Assembly: GCA_045535095.1 (NCBI GenBank)
Contig: JAZSKY010000042.1
Span: 23,668 to 87,667 of the forward strand
Direction of reading: 5' to 3'
Length of the DNA: 64,000 nt
Source of the DNA: Eubacteriales bacterium
GTDB lineage: Bacteria; Bacillota; Clostridia; Oscillospirales; CAG-272
The notes below the pieces were generated by a model, which saw nothing but the letters and a program-made list of their open reading frames with translations, made no database searches and had not been told where the DNA came from. This document shows, piece after piece, positions 19,780 to 29,278 of this stretch. Made by a program: the position numbers and the translations under genes. The stretch's first letter is position 1. Each line of letters opens with the position of its first letter.

Positions 19780-20131
19780 TTACGTAATAAGAATGCTCGG
19801 CCTTGCGCGTCGCGCGGGCAAGATAGTATTCGGAACGACGCTCGTCAGGGACTCGCTGAGAGGCAAAAAGAAGCCCTTTCTCGTGCTGATCGCGTCGGAC
19901 GCGTCCGAAAATTCGAGAAAAAGGATAAGCGATTCGTGTGCGTTCTATAACGCAACGCTTGCAAGACTTGATCTTACGGGCGAGGAGCTTGGAAAGATAA
20001 TCGGAAAAGACTCGGACGTAATGTGCGTTGCCCTGACAGACGAGTCAATGGCAAATGCAATAAAGGAAAAAATCGACGAAACAATGTTTATCAAGGCGGA
20101 TAACGGAGAATCCGCGGGAGGTAGAGCATAA
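19772..20131 (+). CDS. ylxQ: L7Ae-family ribosomal-protein-like protein (YlxQ type)
   Basis: Contains [13 protein letters not shown]...[12 protein letters not shown]. The start ATG 19772 overlaps the ylxR stop. Confidence 0.8.
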   Translation: MDNYVIRMLGLARRAGKIVFGTTLVRDSLRGKKKPFLVLIASDASENSRKRISDSCAFYNATLARLDLTGEELGKIIGKDSDVMCVALTDESMANAIKEKIDETMFIKADNGESAGGRA

Positions 20132-22647
20132 TGGCAAATGGTATTAAAATAAGCGTTCTTGCAAAGGATCTCGGACTCAAGAATAAAGATATGCTCGAGA
20201 TGCTTGCGGCAAACGGTTTTGCCGGCAAATCGCATTCTTCACCCCTTAGCGAGGAGGAGTTTGCATTCGTTATCGAGTATTATACGAAAAATAATCAGAT
20301 AACGAGCATCAACGACTATATCAACGGAGTTACGAAGATACTTCTCGAACGCCCCGAAGATAAGGAAAAGCCCGTAGTAGAGGAGAAAAAAGAGGAGAAG
20401 AAGGCAGAAGCGCCCGCTGCCCCCAAGGCACCCGAGCAGAAGAAGCCCGAGGCTCCCAAGGAGCCCTTCAAGCCGACACCTAAGCCGGTAGTTGAGAAGA
20501 AGGACAGATTTGCAAATCCTCTTGCTCCTGCGCAGAATGCGCCGAAGCAGGCTAAAAAAGAGAAGGAAAAGGCAAAGCCCGATACACGCGCTCAGGTAGT
20601 GCGCCCTCAGAGCAGCACGCCGAGCGAGGAGGTAACCGTTATTCGCACGGACGATCTCTCCGGACGCCGCGCAGGAACGAAGGTAGTCGATACTCGCGCG
20701 AGCAGTGTTGACCTTTCCAAGTACGATACTAAGCTCGAGAGATACGAGAGCGACGATAAGTCCTCGAGAAACTCTTCGCAGCGTCAGAAATTCGGAAAGA
20801 AGCAGCCTCAGCCTCAGCAGGGTAACGACGGCAGAGTCCGCAATATCCAGAATCAGAAGAATAATAAGAAGCAGGAGAAGATGCCTCCCGTTAAGCAGCA
20901 GGTATCTATCACCGTTCCCGACGAGATAAGCGTCGGCGAGCTCGCATCGAGACTCAAGGTTACCGCAGCAGAGGTAATCAAGAAGCTCTTCGGACTCGGA
21001 ATAATGGCAACCGTTAACCAGACCGTTGACTACGATACCGCAGAGTACGTAGGAACCGAGCTTGGCGCGATCGTTACTAAGGAAGTTGTTGTAACTATCG
21101 AAGAAAAGCTCTTCGATGAGAGTGAGGATAGCGAGGAAAGCCTCGTTGAGAGAGCGCCCGTCGTTGTCGTTATGGGACACGTTGACCACGGTAAGACCTC
21201 TATTCTCGACCGCATCAGAAACGCACACGTTACTGCGGGCGAGGCGGGCGGAATTACCCAGCACATCGGCGCATATAAGACTCACGTAAACGGCAAGGAC
21301 ATCACCTTCCTCGATACGCCCGGACACGAGGCATTCACCTCGATGCGTCTGCGCGGAGCGATGGTAACCGATATTGCAATTCTCGTTGTTGCAGCAGACG
21401 ACGGAATTATGCCCCAGACCGTTGAGGCTATCAGCCACGCAAAGGCGGCAGGCGTTGATATCATCGTTGCAATAAACAAAATGGATAAGCCCACGGCTAA
21501 CCCCGAACAGATAAAGCAGAGCCTTACTCAGTACGAAATTATCCCCGAGGAATGGGGCGGAGACACCATCTGCGTTCCCGTTTCGGCGCTTACCGGTATG
21601 GGTATTGACGATCTTCTTGAATCGGTGCTTCTCGTTGCCGAGGTCAAGGATCTCAAGGCTAACCCGAACAGAGCGGCAAAGGGTACAATTATCGAGGCAA
21701 AGCTTGATAAGGGACGCGGACCGGTTGCAACCGTTCTCGTTCAGAACGGTACTCTCCACCACGGAGACACTGTTATCGCAGGTACGTCGGTAGGACGCGT
21801 ACGCGCCATGACCGACGACAAGGGAAGAAGCGTCAAGGTTGCAGGACCCTCCGATTCTGTCGAGATCATCGGTCTTGACGAGGTTCCGAGCGCAGGTGAC
21901 GAGTTCAACGCAGTCAAGGACGAGCGTATGGCTCGTGAGCTTGCAGAGCAGAGAAAGGCAAAGACCAAGGAAGAGCAGTTCAAAGCTGCGTCCAAGGTCA
22001 GCCTCGACGATCTTTTTGCCCAGATCTCCGAGGGTAGCAAGGAGCTCAATATTATCGTTAAGGCAGACGTTGGCGGCTCTGCAGAGGCGGTCAAGGCATC
22101 GCTCGTTAAGCTGACTAACGAAGAGGTCAAGGTAAACGTAATTCATAGCGCAGTCGGTGGAATTACCGAGAGCGACGTTATGTTTGCGGCGGCATCTAAC
22201 GCAATTATCGTCGGATTCAACGTCCGTCCCGATAAGGGCGCTATCGACAGTGCAGAGAGACAGAAGGTAGATATCCGTACCTACCGAATCATTTACGACT
22301 GCATCAATGAGATCGAAGCGGCAATGAAGGGTATGCTTGCTCCTACCTTCAAGGAAGAGCTTCTCGGACACAGTGAGGTTCGTCAGACCATTCACGTTCC
22401 CGGCGCAGGTACTATCGCAGGATCGTACGTTCAGGACGGTAAGGTTACGAGAAACGCACAGATCAGAGTTGTCCGTGACGGTATCGTTATCTTCGAGGAT
22501 AAGATCTCCTCTCTCCGCCGTTTCAAGGACGACGTCAAGGAGGTCGCACAGGGATACGAGTGCGGTATCGGTCTTGAAAAGTTCAATGACATCAAGATCG
22601 GCGATATTCTTGAAGCCTTCGAGATAGTTGAAGTAAAAGCACAGTAA
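20131..22647 (+). CDS. infB: Translation initiation factor IF-2
   Basis: GTPase motifs [14 protein letters not shown] and NKMD, with a low-complexity K/E/P-rich N-terminal region. Confidence 0.97.
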   Translation: MANGIKISVLAKDLGLKNKDMLEMLAANGFAGKSHSSPLSEEEFAFVIEYYTKNNQITSINDYINGVTKILLERPEDKEKPVVEEKKEEKKAEAPAAPKAPEQKKPEAPKEPFKPTPKPVVEKKDRFANPLAPAQNAPKQAKKEKEKAKPDTRAQVVRPQSSTPSEEVTVIRTDDLSGRRAGTKVVDTRASSVDLSKYDTKLERYESDDKSSRNSSQRQKFGKKQPQPQQGNDGRVRNIQNQKNNKKQEKMPPVKQQVSITVPDEISVGELASRLKVTAAEVIKKLFGLGIMATVNQTVDYDTAEYVGTELGAIVTKEVVVTIEEKLFDESEDSEESLVERAPVVVVMGHVDHGKTSILDRIRNAHVTAGEAGGITQHIGAYKTHVNGKDITFLDTPGHEAFTSMRLRGAMVTDIAILVVAADDGIMPQTVEAISHAKAAGVDIIVAINKMDKPTANPEQIKQSLTQYEIIPEEWGGDTICVPVSALTGMGIDDLLESVLLVAEVKDLKANPNRAAKGTIIEAKLDKGRGPVATVLVQNGTLHHGDTVIAGTSVGRVRAMTDDKGRSVKVAGPSDSVEIIGLDEVPSAGDEFNAVKDERMARELAEQRKAKTKEEQFKAASKVSLDDLFAQISEGSKELNIIVKADVGGSAEAVKASLVKLTNEEVKVNVIHSAVGGITESDVMFAAASNAIIVGFNVRPDKGAIDSAERQKVDIRTYRIIYDCINEIEAAMKGMLAPTFKEELLGHSEVRQTIHVPGAGTIAGSYVQDGKVTRNAQIRVVRDGIVIFEDKISSLRRFKDDVKEVAQGYECGIGLEKFNDIKIGDILEAFEIVEVKAQ

Positions 22648-22652
22648 TTTTG

Positions 22653-22703
22653 AAACCGCCGTGTCGGAGCTTTTAAAATAAGCCTCTGCTACGGCGGTTT
22701 TTA
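22653..22703 (+). terminator. Terminator after infB
   Basis: Stem aaaccgccgt / acggcggttt followed by a T-run. The loop is large. Confidence 0.7.
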
Positions 22704-22722
22704 ACTAAAAAGGAAAATAAAA

Positions 22723-24696
22723 ATGGCAAACGTTAAATATATTCCAAGACTCGGCGAGAGCTTTCTCCCGATAAATAAGGAAGAGTGCGACGCTCTCGGC
22801 TGGAGCGCACCCGACTTTGTCTGCGTAACGGGAGACGCATACGTCGATCACCCCTCGTTCGGCACGGCTATAATATCGAGAGTGCTTGAGGACGCGGGAT
22901 TCAGAGTTGCAATACTTTCCCAGCCCGACTATAAGAGCTGCGAGGACTTCAAGCGCTTCGGACGTCCGCGACTCGGATTTCTCGTCAACGCAGGAAATAT
23001 AGACTCCATGGTCGCGCACTATACCGCCTCCAAGAAAAAGCGCTCGTACGATTACTATTCGCCGGGCGGTAAGGCAGGACTTCGTCCCGATAGAGCGTGC
23101 ATAGTCTATTCAAACAGAATAAGAGAGGCGTACGGAGACGTGCCGATAATTCTCGGCGGACTTGAAGCCTCACTCCGCCGTTTTTCGCACTACGATTACT
23201 GGGAAAACAGAATAAGACGCTCGGTCCTCGTTGACTCGAGAGCCGATATTCTCACCTACGGAATGGGCGAAAATATCATTCTCCGCATCGCAAAGCTGCT
23301 TGATAAGGGCGTTCCGATAAAGAAGATCCACGACGTGCGCGGAACCGTTTATATGACAAAAGCGGGCGACGCAGTTCATTTCGACGCGGTCGAGTGTCCC
23401 TCGTTTGACGAGGTCAAAAACGATAAAAGGGCGTACGCAAAGGCCTTTGGAATTCAGTACAGAGAGCAGGACTCTGTCCGCGGAAGAGCGGTAATTGAGT
23501 CTTACGGAGATAAAATTCTCGTCCAGAATCCTCCGATGCCTCCCCTTGAGAGAGAAGAGCTTGATAAGGTCTATTCTCTCCCTTACACCCGTAGATGGCA
23601 TCCCTCGTACGATAGCGTCGGCGGTGTGCCCGGTATTGCCGAGGTCGAGTTCTCGATCACGCATAACAGAGGCTGCTTCGGCGCTTGTAACTTCTGCGCA
23701 CTCGCCTTCCATCAGGGAAGAAGCGTGCGCTCGAGAAGCATCGAGAGCGTTGTCGCAGAAGCTGAGCTTATTACGAAAATGCCCGGATTTAAGGGATATA
23801 TCCACGATATCGGCGGACCTACCGCAAACTTCAGATACCCTGCCTGCGATAAGCAGCTTCGTGACGGAGTGTGCGCCGAGAGAAAGTGTCTCGCGCCTAC
23901 ACCTTGTAAAAATCTCAAGGTCGATCATAGCGAATACGTCGAGCTTTTAAAGAGAGTAGAGGGCGTCCCGAAGATCAAAAAGGTCTTTATCAGATCGGGA
24001 ATCCGCTTTGACTATCTCATCTATGATGAGGACGAGACCTTCTTCAAAAAGCTCGTCAAGGATCACGTCAGCGGACAGCTCAAGGTCGCGCCCGAGCATT
24101 CGAGCGACCACGTGCTGAAATGTATGGGCAAGCCGTCTATCGACGTTTATGAAAAGTTCAGAAAGAGATTTTTCGAGATCACAAACGAGTGCGGAAAAGA
24201 GCAGTACCTCGTTCCGTACCTTATGTCGAGCCACCCCGGTAGCCGACTCAGTGACGCCGTAAATCTTGCCGAATATCTTAAAAAGATAGGATGCTCGCCC
24301 GAGCAGGTGCAGGACTATTATCCCACACCGGGAACGTCCTCGACGGTTATGTTCTATACCGGAATAGATCCGCTCACGATGAAAGAGGTTTACTGCGAGG
24401 GAGACTATCACGGCAAGATAATGCAGAGAGCGCTCCTTCAGTTTAACAGACCCGAAAATGCCGCGATCGTACGCGATGCGCTCAGAAAGTGCGGCAGAGA
24501 GGACCTTATCGGTAACACGCCAAGCTGCCTCGTTCGTCCCGACCGTCAGCATAAAGGAGCCTCGGAGGGCTCGCGCGGAGCGCAGGGCGGCAAAAAAACG
24601 CCGAGCGGAGGCAAAAAGCCTTCGTACAAGACAAATTACGGTGCGAAAAATAAAAAAGCGTACGCGCCGAAAAACAAGCCTAAAAAGGGCAGATAA
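22723..24696 (+). CDS. YgiQ family (UPF0313) radical SAM protein
   Basis: The N-terminus FLPINKEECDALGWSAPDFVCVTGDAYVDHPSFG and the cluster motif CFGACNFC are typical of YgiQ. The C-terminal tail is basic. Confidence 0.85.
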   Translation: MANVKYIPRLGESFLPINKEECDALGWSAPDFVCVTGDAYVDHPSFGTAIISRVLEDAGFRVAILSQPDYKSCEDFKRFGRPRLGFLVNAGNIDSMVAHYTASKKKRSYDYYSPGGKAGLRPDRACIVYSNRIREAYGDVPIILGGLEASLRRFSHYDYWENRIRRSVLVDSRADILTYGMGENIILRIAKLLDKGVPIKKIHDVRGTVYMTKAGDAVHFDAVECPSFDEVKNDKRAYAKAFGIQYREQDSVRGRAVIESYGDKILVQNPPMPPLEREELDKVYSLPYTRRWHPSYDSVGGVPGIAEVEFSITHNRGCFGACNFCALAFHQGRSVRSRSIESVVAEAELITKMPGFKGYIHDIGGPTANFRYPACDKQLRDGVCAERKCLAPTPCKNLKVDHSEYVELLKRVEGVPKIKKVFIRSGIRFDYLIYDEDETFFKKLVKDHVSGQLKVAPEHSSDHVLKCMGKPSIDVYEKFRKRFFEITNECGKEQYLVPYLMSSHPGSRLSDAVNLAEYLKKIGCSPEQVQDYYPTPGTSSTVMFYTGIDPLTMKEVYCEGDYHGKIMQRALLQFNRPENAAIVRDALRKCGREDLIGNTPSCLVRPDRQHKGASEGSRGAQGGKKTPSGGKKPSYKTNYGAKNKKAYAPKNKPKKGR

Positions 24697-24857
24697 TACC
24701 TGAAAAGAGGGTAAACTTATGAAAAAAGGAATAGATTTTCACGTTTTCGGCGGAGTAACTCCCGACAGAAAAACAGAGGACGTCGTATCCGACGTTGCGC
24801 GTCTGTACTCTCTCGGATTTGAGAGCCTCGACCTTTCAATTTCGATGAAAAAAATGA

Positions 24858-24891
24858 TAAAATCCACCCGATTTGGGTGGATTTTGTTTTA
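24858..24891. terminator. Bidirectional hairpin terminator
   Basis: Stem atccaccc / gggtggat with loop gattt, flanked by A- and T-runs. Confidence 0.75.
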
Positions 24892-25557
24892 CTCTAAAAG
24901 CTCTGATACAGTTACAAAGGTAAAGCCCCTTTCAAGTAGCGCAGGAATTATCACGCGGAGTGCGTCGGGCGTGTTGCTTTTTTTAGCGACGTAATCGTGC
25001 ATAAGAATTATCTCGCCGCCGTCCACCGTGTCAAGCACAGAGCTTATGATAGACTCGCGCGAGGACGGAACCCAGTCGCGCGTATCGACAGTCCAGAGAA
25101 TCAGCGAGTAGTTCATATCCCTCGCTACCGCCTTGACCGTCTCACTGCACACCCCTTCGGGCGGACGGAAAAGAGTCGTGCGGTAGCTGACGCTGTCAAA
25201 AATTAGCTGCTCCGCTTTTTCAATTTCCTCCATAAGAACGGCAGAATCAATGTTCCGAAGATGCGCGTGCGAGTAGGTGTGATTTCCTATCTCGTGTCCC
25301 GATGCGATCTCTCGCGCGACTATTTCGGGATACTTTTCCGCGCATACGCCGACAACGAAAAAGGTCGCTTTTACCGAATACTCGTCAAGAATGTCGAGTA
25401 TCTCCTCGGTGTATTTTCTGTGCGGTCCGTCGTCGAACGTGAGCGCGATTTTCTTTTCGTTTTCCTTTGCCGATATAGGTCTTGCGCCTATCAGCGAGAG
25501 GGCGAGCATCAAGGTCAGCACCTTAAAAAGAGATTTCAGCTTTCCCATAACTCGCAA
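24889..25557 (-). CDS. Secreted polysaccharide deacetylase (CE4/NodB family)
   Basis: Signal peptide plus the motifs LTFDDGP and HTYSH. Confidence 0.85.
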   Translation of the reverse strand: MRVMGKLKSLFKVLTLMLALSLIGARPISAKENEKKIALTFDDGPHRKYTEEILDILDEYSVKATFFVVGVCAEKYPEIVAREIASGHEIGNHTYSHAHLRNIDSAVLMEEIEKAEQLIFDSVSYRTTLFRPPEGVCSETVKAVARDMNYSLILWTVDTRDWVPSSRESIISSVLDTVDGGEIILMHDYVAKKSNTPDALRVIIPALLERGFTFVTVSELLE

Positions 25558-26306
25558 AGATTTCCGAATCGGTAGCCGTCCTGTTCAAGAGACGTCAGAT
25601 AGCGGTCGAGTATCTCGGAGTTCGTTTTTGAGGTAGGATGAAGAAGCAGCACCTCGCCGCTGTGCGTGTGAGCGATCAGCTTTTCAAGCGACTTTTCGCT
25701 ATCGGGCTGACAGGCGTTGTCCCAGTCTGCGTACGCAAACGACCAGAATACCGTCTTGTATCCAAGCGAGGACGCTATCTCAAGATTCTTCCTTGTAAAT
25801 CGACCCTGCGGCGGACGGTAAATTTTCGCCATTTCCTTGCCCGTCAGAGTGAAATACGCATTTTCAAGACGGGTAAGCTGTGCGGCAAAGGTTTCGGCAT
25901 CATTTATTTTAGTCATATCGGGATGCTTTGCCGTGTGATTGCATATAAGATGCCCCTCGTCTGTCATTCTCTGCACAAGCTCGGGACTGCGCAGAACGAG
26001 ATTTTCAAGTATAAAGAATGCGCCTTTCGCGTTGTGCGCCTTCAGGGTGTCGAGAATTTTCTCTATATTTCCGTTTTCGTATCCTGCGTCAAAGGTGAGA
26101 TATATCACCTTGTCCGAGGCGTTTTCGTTTGCGTAATATCCGTCATATTCTCTGATAAAAGCAAAATCCGGGTCGAGAGAGGGAAGAGTGTGAGTGTCGT
26201 TTCTCTTGCAGTACCAGTTATATGCCTTGTTTTCTGATGCGTATATCGGAGACTCGATAGTTAAAACCGAGAAAAGAGTCAAAAGTGCGATAAAAGAGGT
26301 CAACAT
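25536..26306 (-). CDS. pdaA: PdaA-like delta-lactam-biosynthetic de-N-acetylase (CE4)
   Basis: Signal peptide, then YLTFDAGYENGN...AKGAFFILENLV and NHTAKHPDM, which resemble sporulation PdaA. Confidence 0.7.
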   Translation of the reverse strand: MLTSFIALLTLFSVLTIESPIYASENKAYNWYCKRNDTHTLPSLDPDFAFIREYDGYYANENASDKVIYLTFDAGYENGNIEKILDTLKAHNAKGAFFILENLVLRSPELVQRMTDEGHLICNHTAKHPDMTKINDAETFAAQLTRLENAYFTLTGKEMAKIYRPPQGRFTRKNLEIASSLGYKTVFWSFAYADWDNACQPDSEKSLEKLIAHTHSGEVLLLHPTSKTNSEILDRYLTSLEQDGYRFGNLCELWES

Positions 26307-26449
26307 GACCTTTAATTTTGTTTTCAGTTTGATCAGTCCTTTCTTTTACTAAAATTTTTTGCAAAAGAGGACGCAAATATTCTCGAAAAATATTGTAAAA
26401 AACGACCTTATGTGTTAAAATAAGAAAAACGCAAAAAAAGAGGATAAAA

Positions 26450-27637
26450 ATGGCTGAAAAAACTATTGGCGAGAGATCGCTTGAAAAGCATAGTGAGTGG
26501 AAGGGAAAGATCAGAATAACCTCTGATACACCGGTCGAAACGAGAGAGGACCTCTCTCTTGCATATACCCCCGGCGTTGCCACCCCCTGCCTTGAAATAC
26601 AAAGGGATATAAATAAATCGTACGAGCTGACCCGCCGCTGGAATACCGTTGCCGTAATTACGGACGGAAGCGCGGTACTCGGTCTCGGTGATATAGGACC
26701 TGAGGCGGGAATGCCCGTAATGGAGGGTAAATGCCTTCTTTTCAATAAATTCGGAAATATCGACGCTATCCCTTTATGTGTAAGAACCAAGGATACCGAC
26801 GAATTTGTCAAAACGGTCGCACTTCTTCTCGGAAGCTTCGGCGGAGTAAATCTCGAGGATATAAGCGCGCCGAGATGCTTTGAGATCGAGAGAAAGCTCA
26901 AGGAAATATCGGACATTCCGATCTTCCACGACGACCAGCACGGCACTGCGATAATCGCGACCGCGGCGCTTGAAAACTCGCTTCGCCTTGCTAAAAAGAA
27001 GATAGAGGACGTCAAGATCGTCATAAACGGAGCGGGTGCGGCAGGTACGGCTATCGGACGTCTCTTTATGGCTTTCGGTGCAAAAAATCTCATATTTGCC
27101 GATAAAAACGGAGCGATCTCCAAGGACGCGCCCGACACCTGGCTCAGTAGCGAGCACGAAAAGCTCGCTAGTGAGTCCAATCCTTTCTGCGAAAAGGGAA
27201 GCCTTAGTGATATAATTCGCGGAGCGGACGTTCTCCTCGGCGTTTCCCGTCCGGGACTGCTTACTCCCGACATGGTAAGAACTATGGCAGATAAGCCGAT
27301 AATCTTCGCTATGGCAAATCCCACGCCCGAAATTATGCCCGATGAGGCTCTCGCGGCAGGCGCGTTTATCGTTGGTACGGGACGAAGCGATTTCCCCAAT
27401 CAGATAAATAATCTCCTTGCATTTCCCGGTGTGTTCAGAGGAGCGCTCGACTGCAGGGCAAGTGACATCAACGAGGAAATGAAGATAGCGGCTGCAAAGG
27501 CACTCGCCTCGGTAATTCCCGAGAGTGAGCTTTCAAGAGAGTATATCCTGCCCGACGTTTTTGATACAAGGGTAGTTGAAAGGATCGCGCAGGCTGTTAT
27601 CGACGCGGCAAGAAAGAGCGGCGTTGCGAGAAAATAA
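26450..27637 (+). CDS. NAD(P)-dependent malic enzyme (short form)
   Basis: Contains LSLAYTPGVA, VITDGSAVLGLGDIGP and GAGAAG. Confidence 0.9.
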   Translation: MAEKTIGERSLEKHSEWKGKIRITSDTPVETREDLSLAYTPGVATPCLEIQRDINKSYELTRRWNTVAVITDGSAVLGLGDIGPEAGMPVMEGKCLLFNKFGNIDAIPLCVRTKDTDEFVKTVALLLGSFGGVNLEDISAPRCFEIERKLKEISDIPIFHDDQHGTAIIATAALENSLRLAKKKIEDVKIVINGAGAAGTAIGRLFMAFGAKNLIFADKNGAISKDAPDTWLSSEHEKLASESNPFCEKGSLSDIIRGADVLLGVSRPGLLTPDMVRTMADKPIIFAMANPTPEIMPDEALAAGAFIVGTGRSDFPNQINNLLAFPGVFRGALDCRASDINEEMKIAAAKALASVIPESELSREYILPDVFDTRVVERIAQAVIDAARKSGVARK

Positions 27638-27639
27638 TG

Positions 27640-27675
27640 AAAAAATCACCTATGCGGGGCATAGGTGATTTTCTT
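27640..27675. terminator. Bidirectional terminator
   Basis: Stem atcacctatgc / gcataggtgat. Confidence 0.8.
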
Positions 27676-28233
27676 TTATAAAAACAGAGGTCTCATTTGC
27701 TTTCCGTTTTTCGCATACTCAAGAGCTTCCTCGATTTTTGAAAAATCGGCAACGAGTGAGCTTGGCTTGTTTGTCGGATCGTCCTGAACGAGAGGCACGA
27801 AATACACGTTCTTTTTTTCGATAAGAGTCGCGATATTCTTAAGATTTCCCGAGGTCGCATCGTTGGAGGCAAGCGCTATTATAAGCGGTCTCTCGCTTCT
27901 CAGATGCGACTTTGCCGCCATAGTTACGGGCGTATCGGTGATGCCTTGCGCGATCTTTGCAAGCGTGTTTCCCGTACAAGGCGCAATTATCAGAGCGGAA
28001 ACGAGCTTTTTCGGACCGATAGGCTCGCAGGATTCTATCGTGCAAAGAGGCTTTCTTCCCGAGATCCCTTCAACCGACTCGAAAAACTCGTCGGGAGTAC
28101 CGAATCTGCTCGTGATTTTTTGTACGTTAAAGGAAAATATCGGCAGTATCTCGTCGTACGCGGCGAGCTTTTCCATCTCCGAAATGGCATTTTTCATAGT
28201 GCAGAACGAGCCGCAAAATCCCCAGCCGATCAT
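27676..28233 (-). CDS. dpaB: Dipicolinate synthase subunit B
   Basis: Flavoprotein-like N-terminus GWGFCGSFCT. It overlaps the end of dpaA. Confidence 0.85.
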   Translation of the reverse strand: MIGWGFCGSFCTMKNAISEMEKLAAYDEILPIFSFNVQKITSRFGTPDEFFESVEGISGRKPLCTIESCEPIGPKKLVSALIIAPCTGNTLAKIAQGITDTPVTMAAKSHLRSERPLIIALASNDATSGNLKNIATLIEKKNVYFVPLVQDDPTNKPSSLVADFSKIEEALEYAKNGKQMRPLFL

Positions 28234-29123
28234 AAGCGCACCTCCTTTGGCAGAGAGGGCAGCACGCTTTCGAGAACGATCCTTGCCGCACTTTTCGGCG
28301 AGAATTTCGCAGGCAGAGACTGCGCGCTGATTATCTCTCGCGACGTCTCTTTTGATGTGTCCCTGTCAAAGCCACCCGGGGCAGATGCAAGCTCGATAAG
28401 GCGCGCATCCTTCTTTACGCGGCATATCGCGTCCTTCGTTATTATTACCGCAGGTGCGGTATTTATTAAGGCGTCAACGTCGGATACCATTTCGCCTATG
28501 CAGCAGGTGTCAAACGACTCGTAGCCACAGCATCTTGCCGAAGCTCTGTCCGATTCCTTTCGCGCAAAGATCCTCACTCTCGCGCCCAGAGAGGCAAGAT
28601 ACGAGGCAAGATAGCGCGAAATACGTCCGTATCCCACTATCGCGCAAAGAGAGGACGAAACGGTCGTCGGGATGCTCTCGATTATCACCGCAAGCGCTCC
28701 CTCGGCACTCGCCTGCGCGTTTTTGAGAAGAAAGCCCTCGTCTTTTGCGTAGTCGATAACACGTGAGCGCGCGGAAAGCGCTTCTTTTACCGACTCGCTC
28801 GGCATACCGAGTGCAATACAGGGACAGCTCGAGAGCGAGCTTACAGTGTCGCAAAGCGCGATCTTTTTCGGAAAGTAGGGCGCGTTAAGAGTGAGCGAGT
28901 CCTTTGAAAAGGGAATAGGCAGAATAGAAAAATCCGCTCCCTTTAACGCCTCGTCAAGACTCGCTTTGAGAGATACCTTGCCCGAAAGACAGGAAATACA
29001 CTGTCCGCCGAGCGCAAAGGCGGAGACCTCGTATCCCATTTCGGCAAGCTCGTTTGCTATAAATATCTGACGCGCATCGCCGCCGATCACCGCCGCTTTT
29101 ATGAGTTTTTCATTCAAAGGCAT
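28230..29123 (-). CDS. dpaA: Dipicolinate synthase subunit A
   Basis: 297 aa, dehydrogenase-like (IVGYGRISRYLA), upstream of and overlapping dpaB. Confidence 0.8.
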   Translation of the reverse strand: MPLNEKLIKAAVIGGDARQIFIANELAEMGYEVSAFALGGQCISCLSGKVSLKASLDEALKGADFSILPIPFSKDSLTLNAPYFPKKIALCDTVSSLSSCPCIALGMPSESVKEALSARSRVIDYAKDEGFLLKNAQASAEGALAVIIESIPTTVSSSLCAIVGYGRISRYLASYLASLGARVRIFARKESDRASARCCGYESFDTCCIGEMVSDVDALINTAPAVIITKDAICRVKKDARLIELASAPGGFDRDTSKETSREIISAQSLPAKFSPKSAARIVLESVLPSLPKEVRL

Positions 29124-29278
29124 TTACCACCTTTCCAAACTTTTATACGTCGTTTTTGTTTACTGATTGTAAGAAATACCTACTCTATATAATATGTTTT
29201 GCCGCCTTATAGGTCATAAATTCTATTGACTAATTGTGAAAAATCGTTTATAATGTAAAAAGAAAGGAGGATACCGCA

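Noticed and set aside
20239-22395. 718-aa minus-strand ORF
   Set aside because: It is antisense to infB. It is a shadow ORF produced by codon periodicity.
24719-24994. 91-aa plus-strand ORF as a functional gene
   Set aside because: It reads through a terminator hairpin and overlaps the convergent deacetylase gene. At most its first ~45 codons are a gene relic.
26218-27399. 393-aa minus-strand ORF
   Set aside because: It is antisense to the malic enzyme gene.
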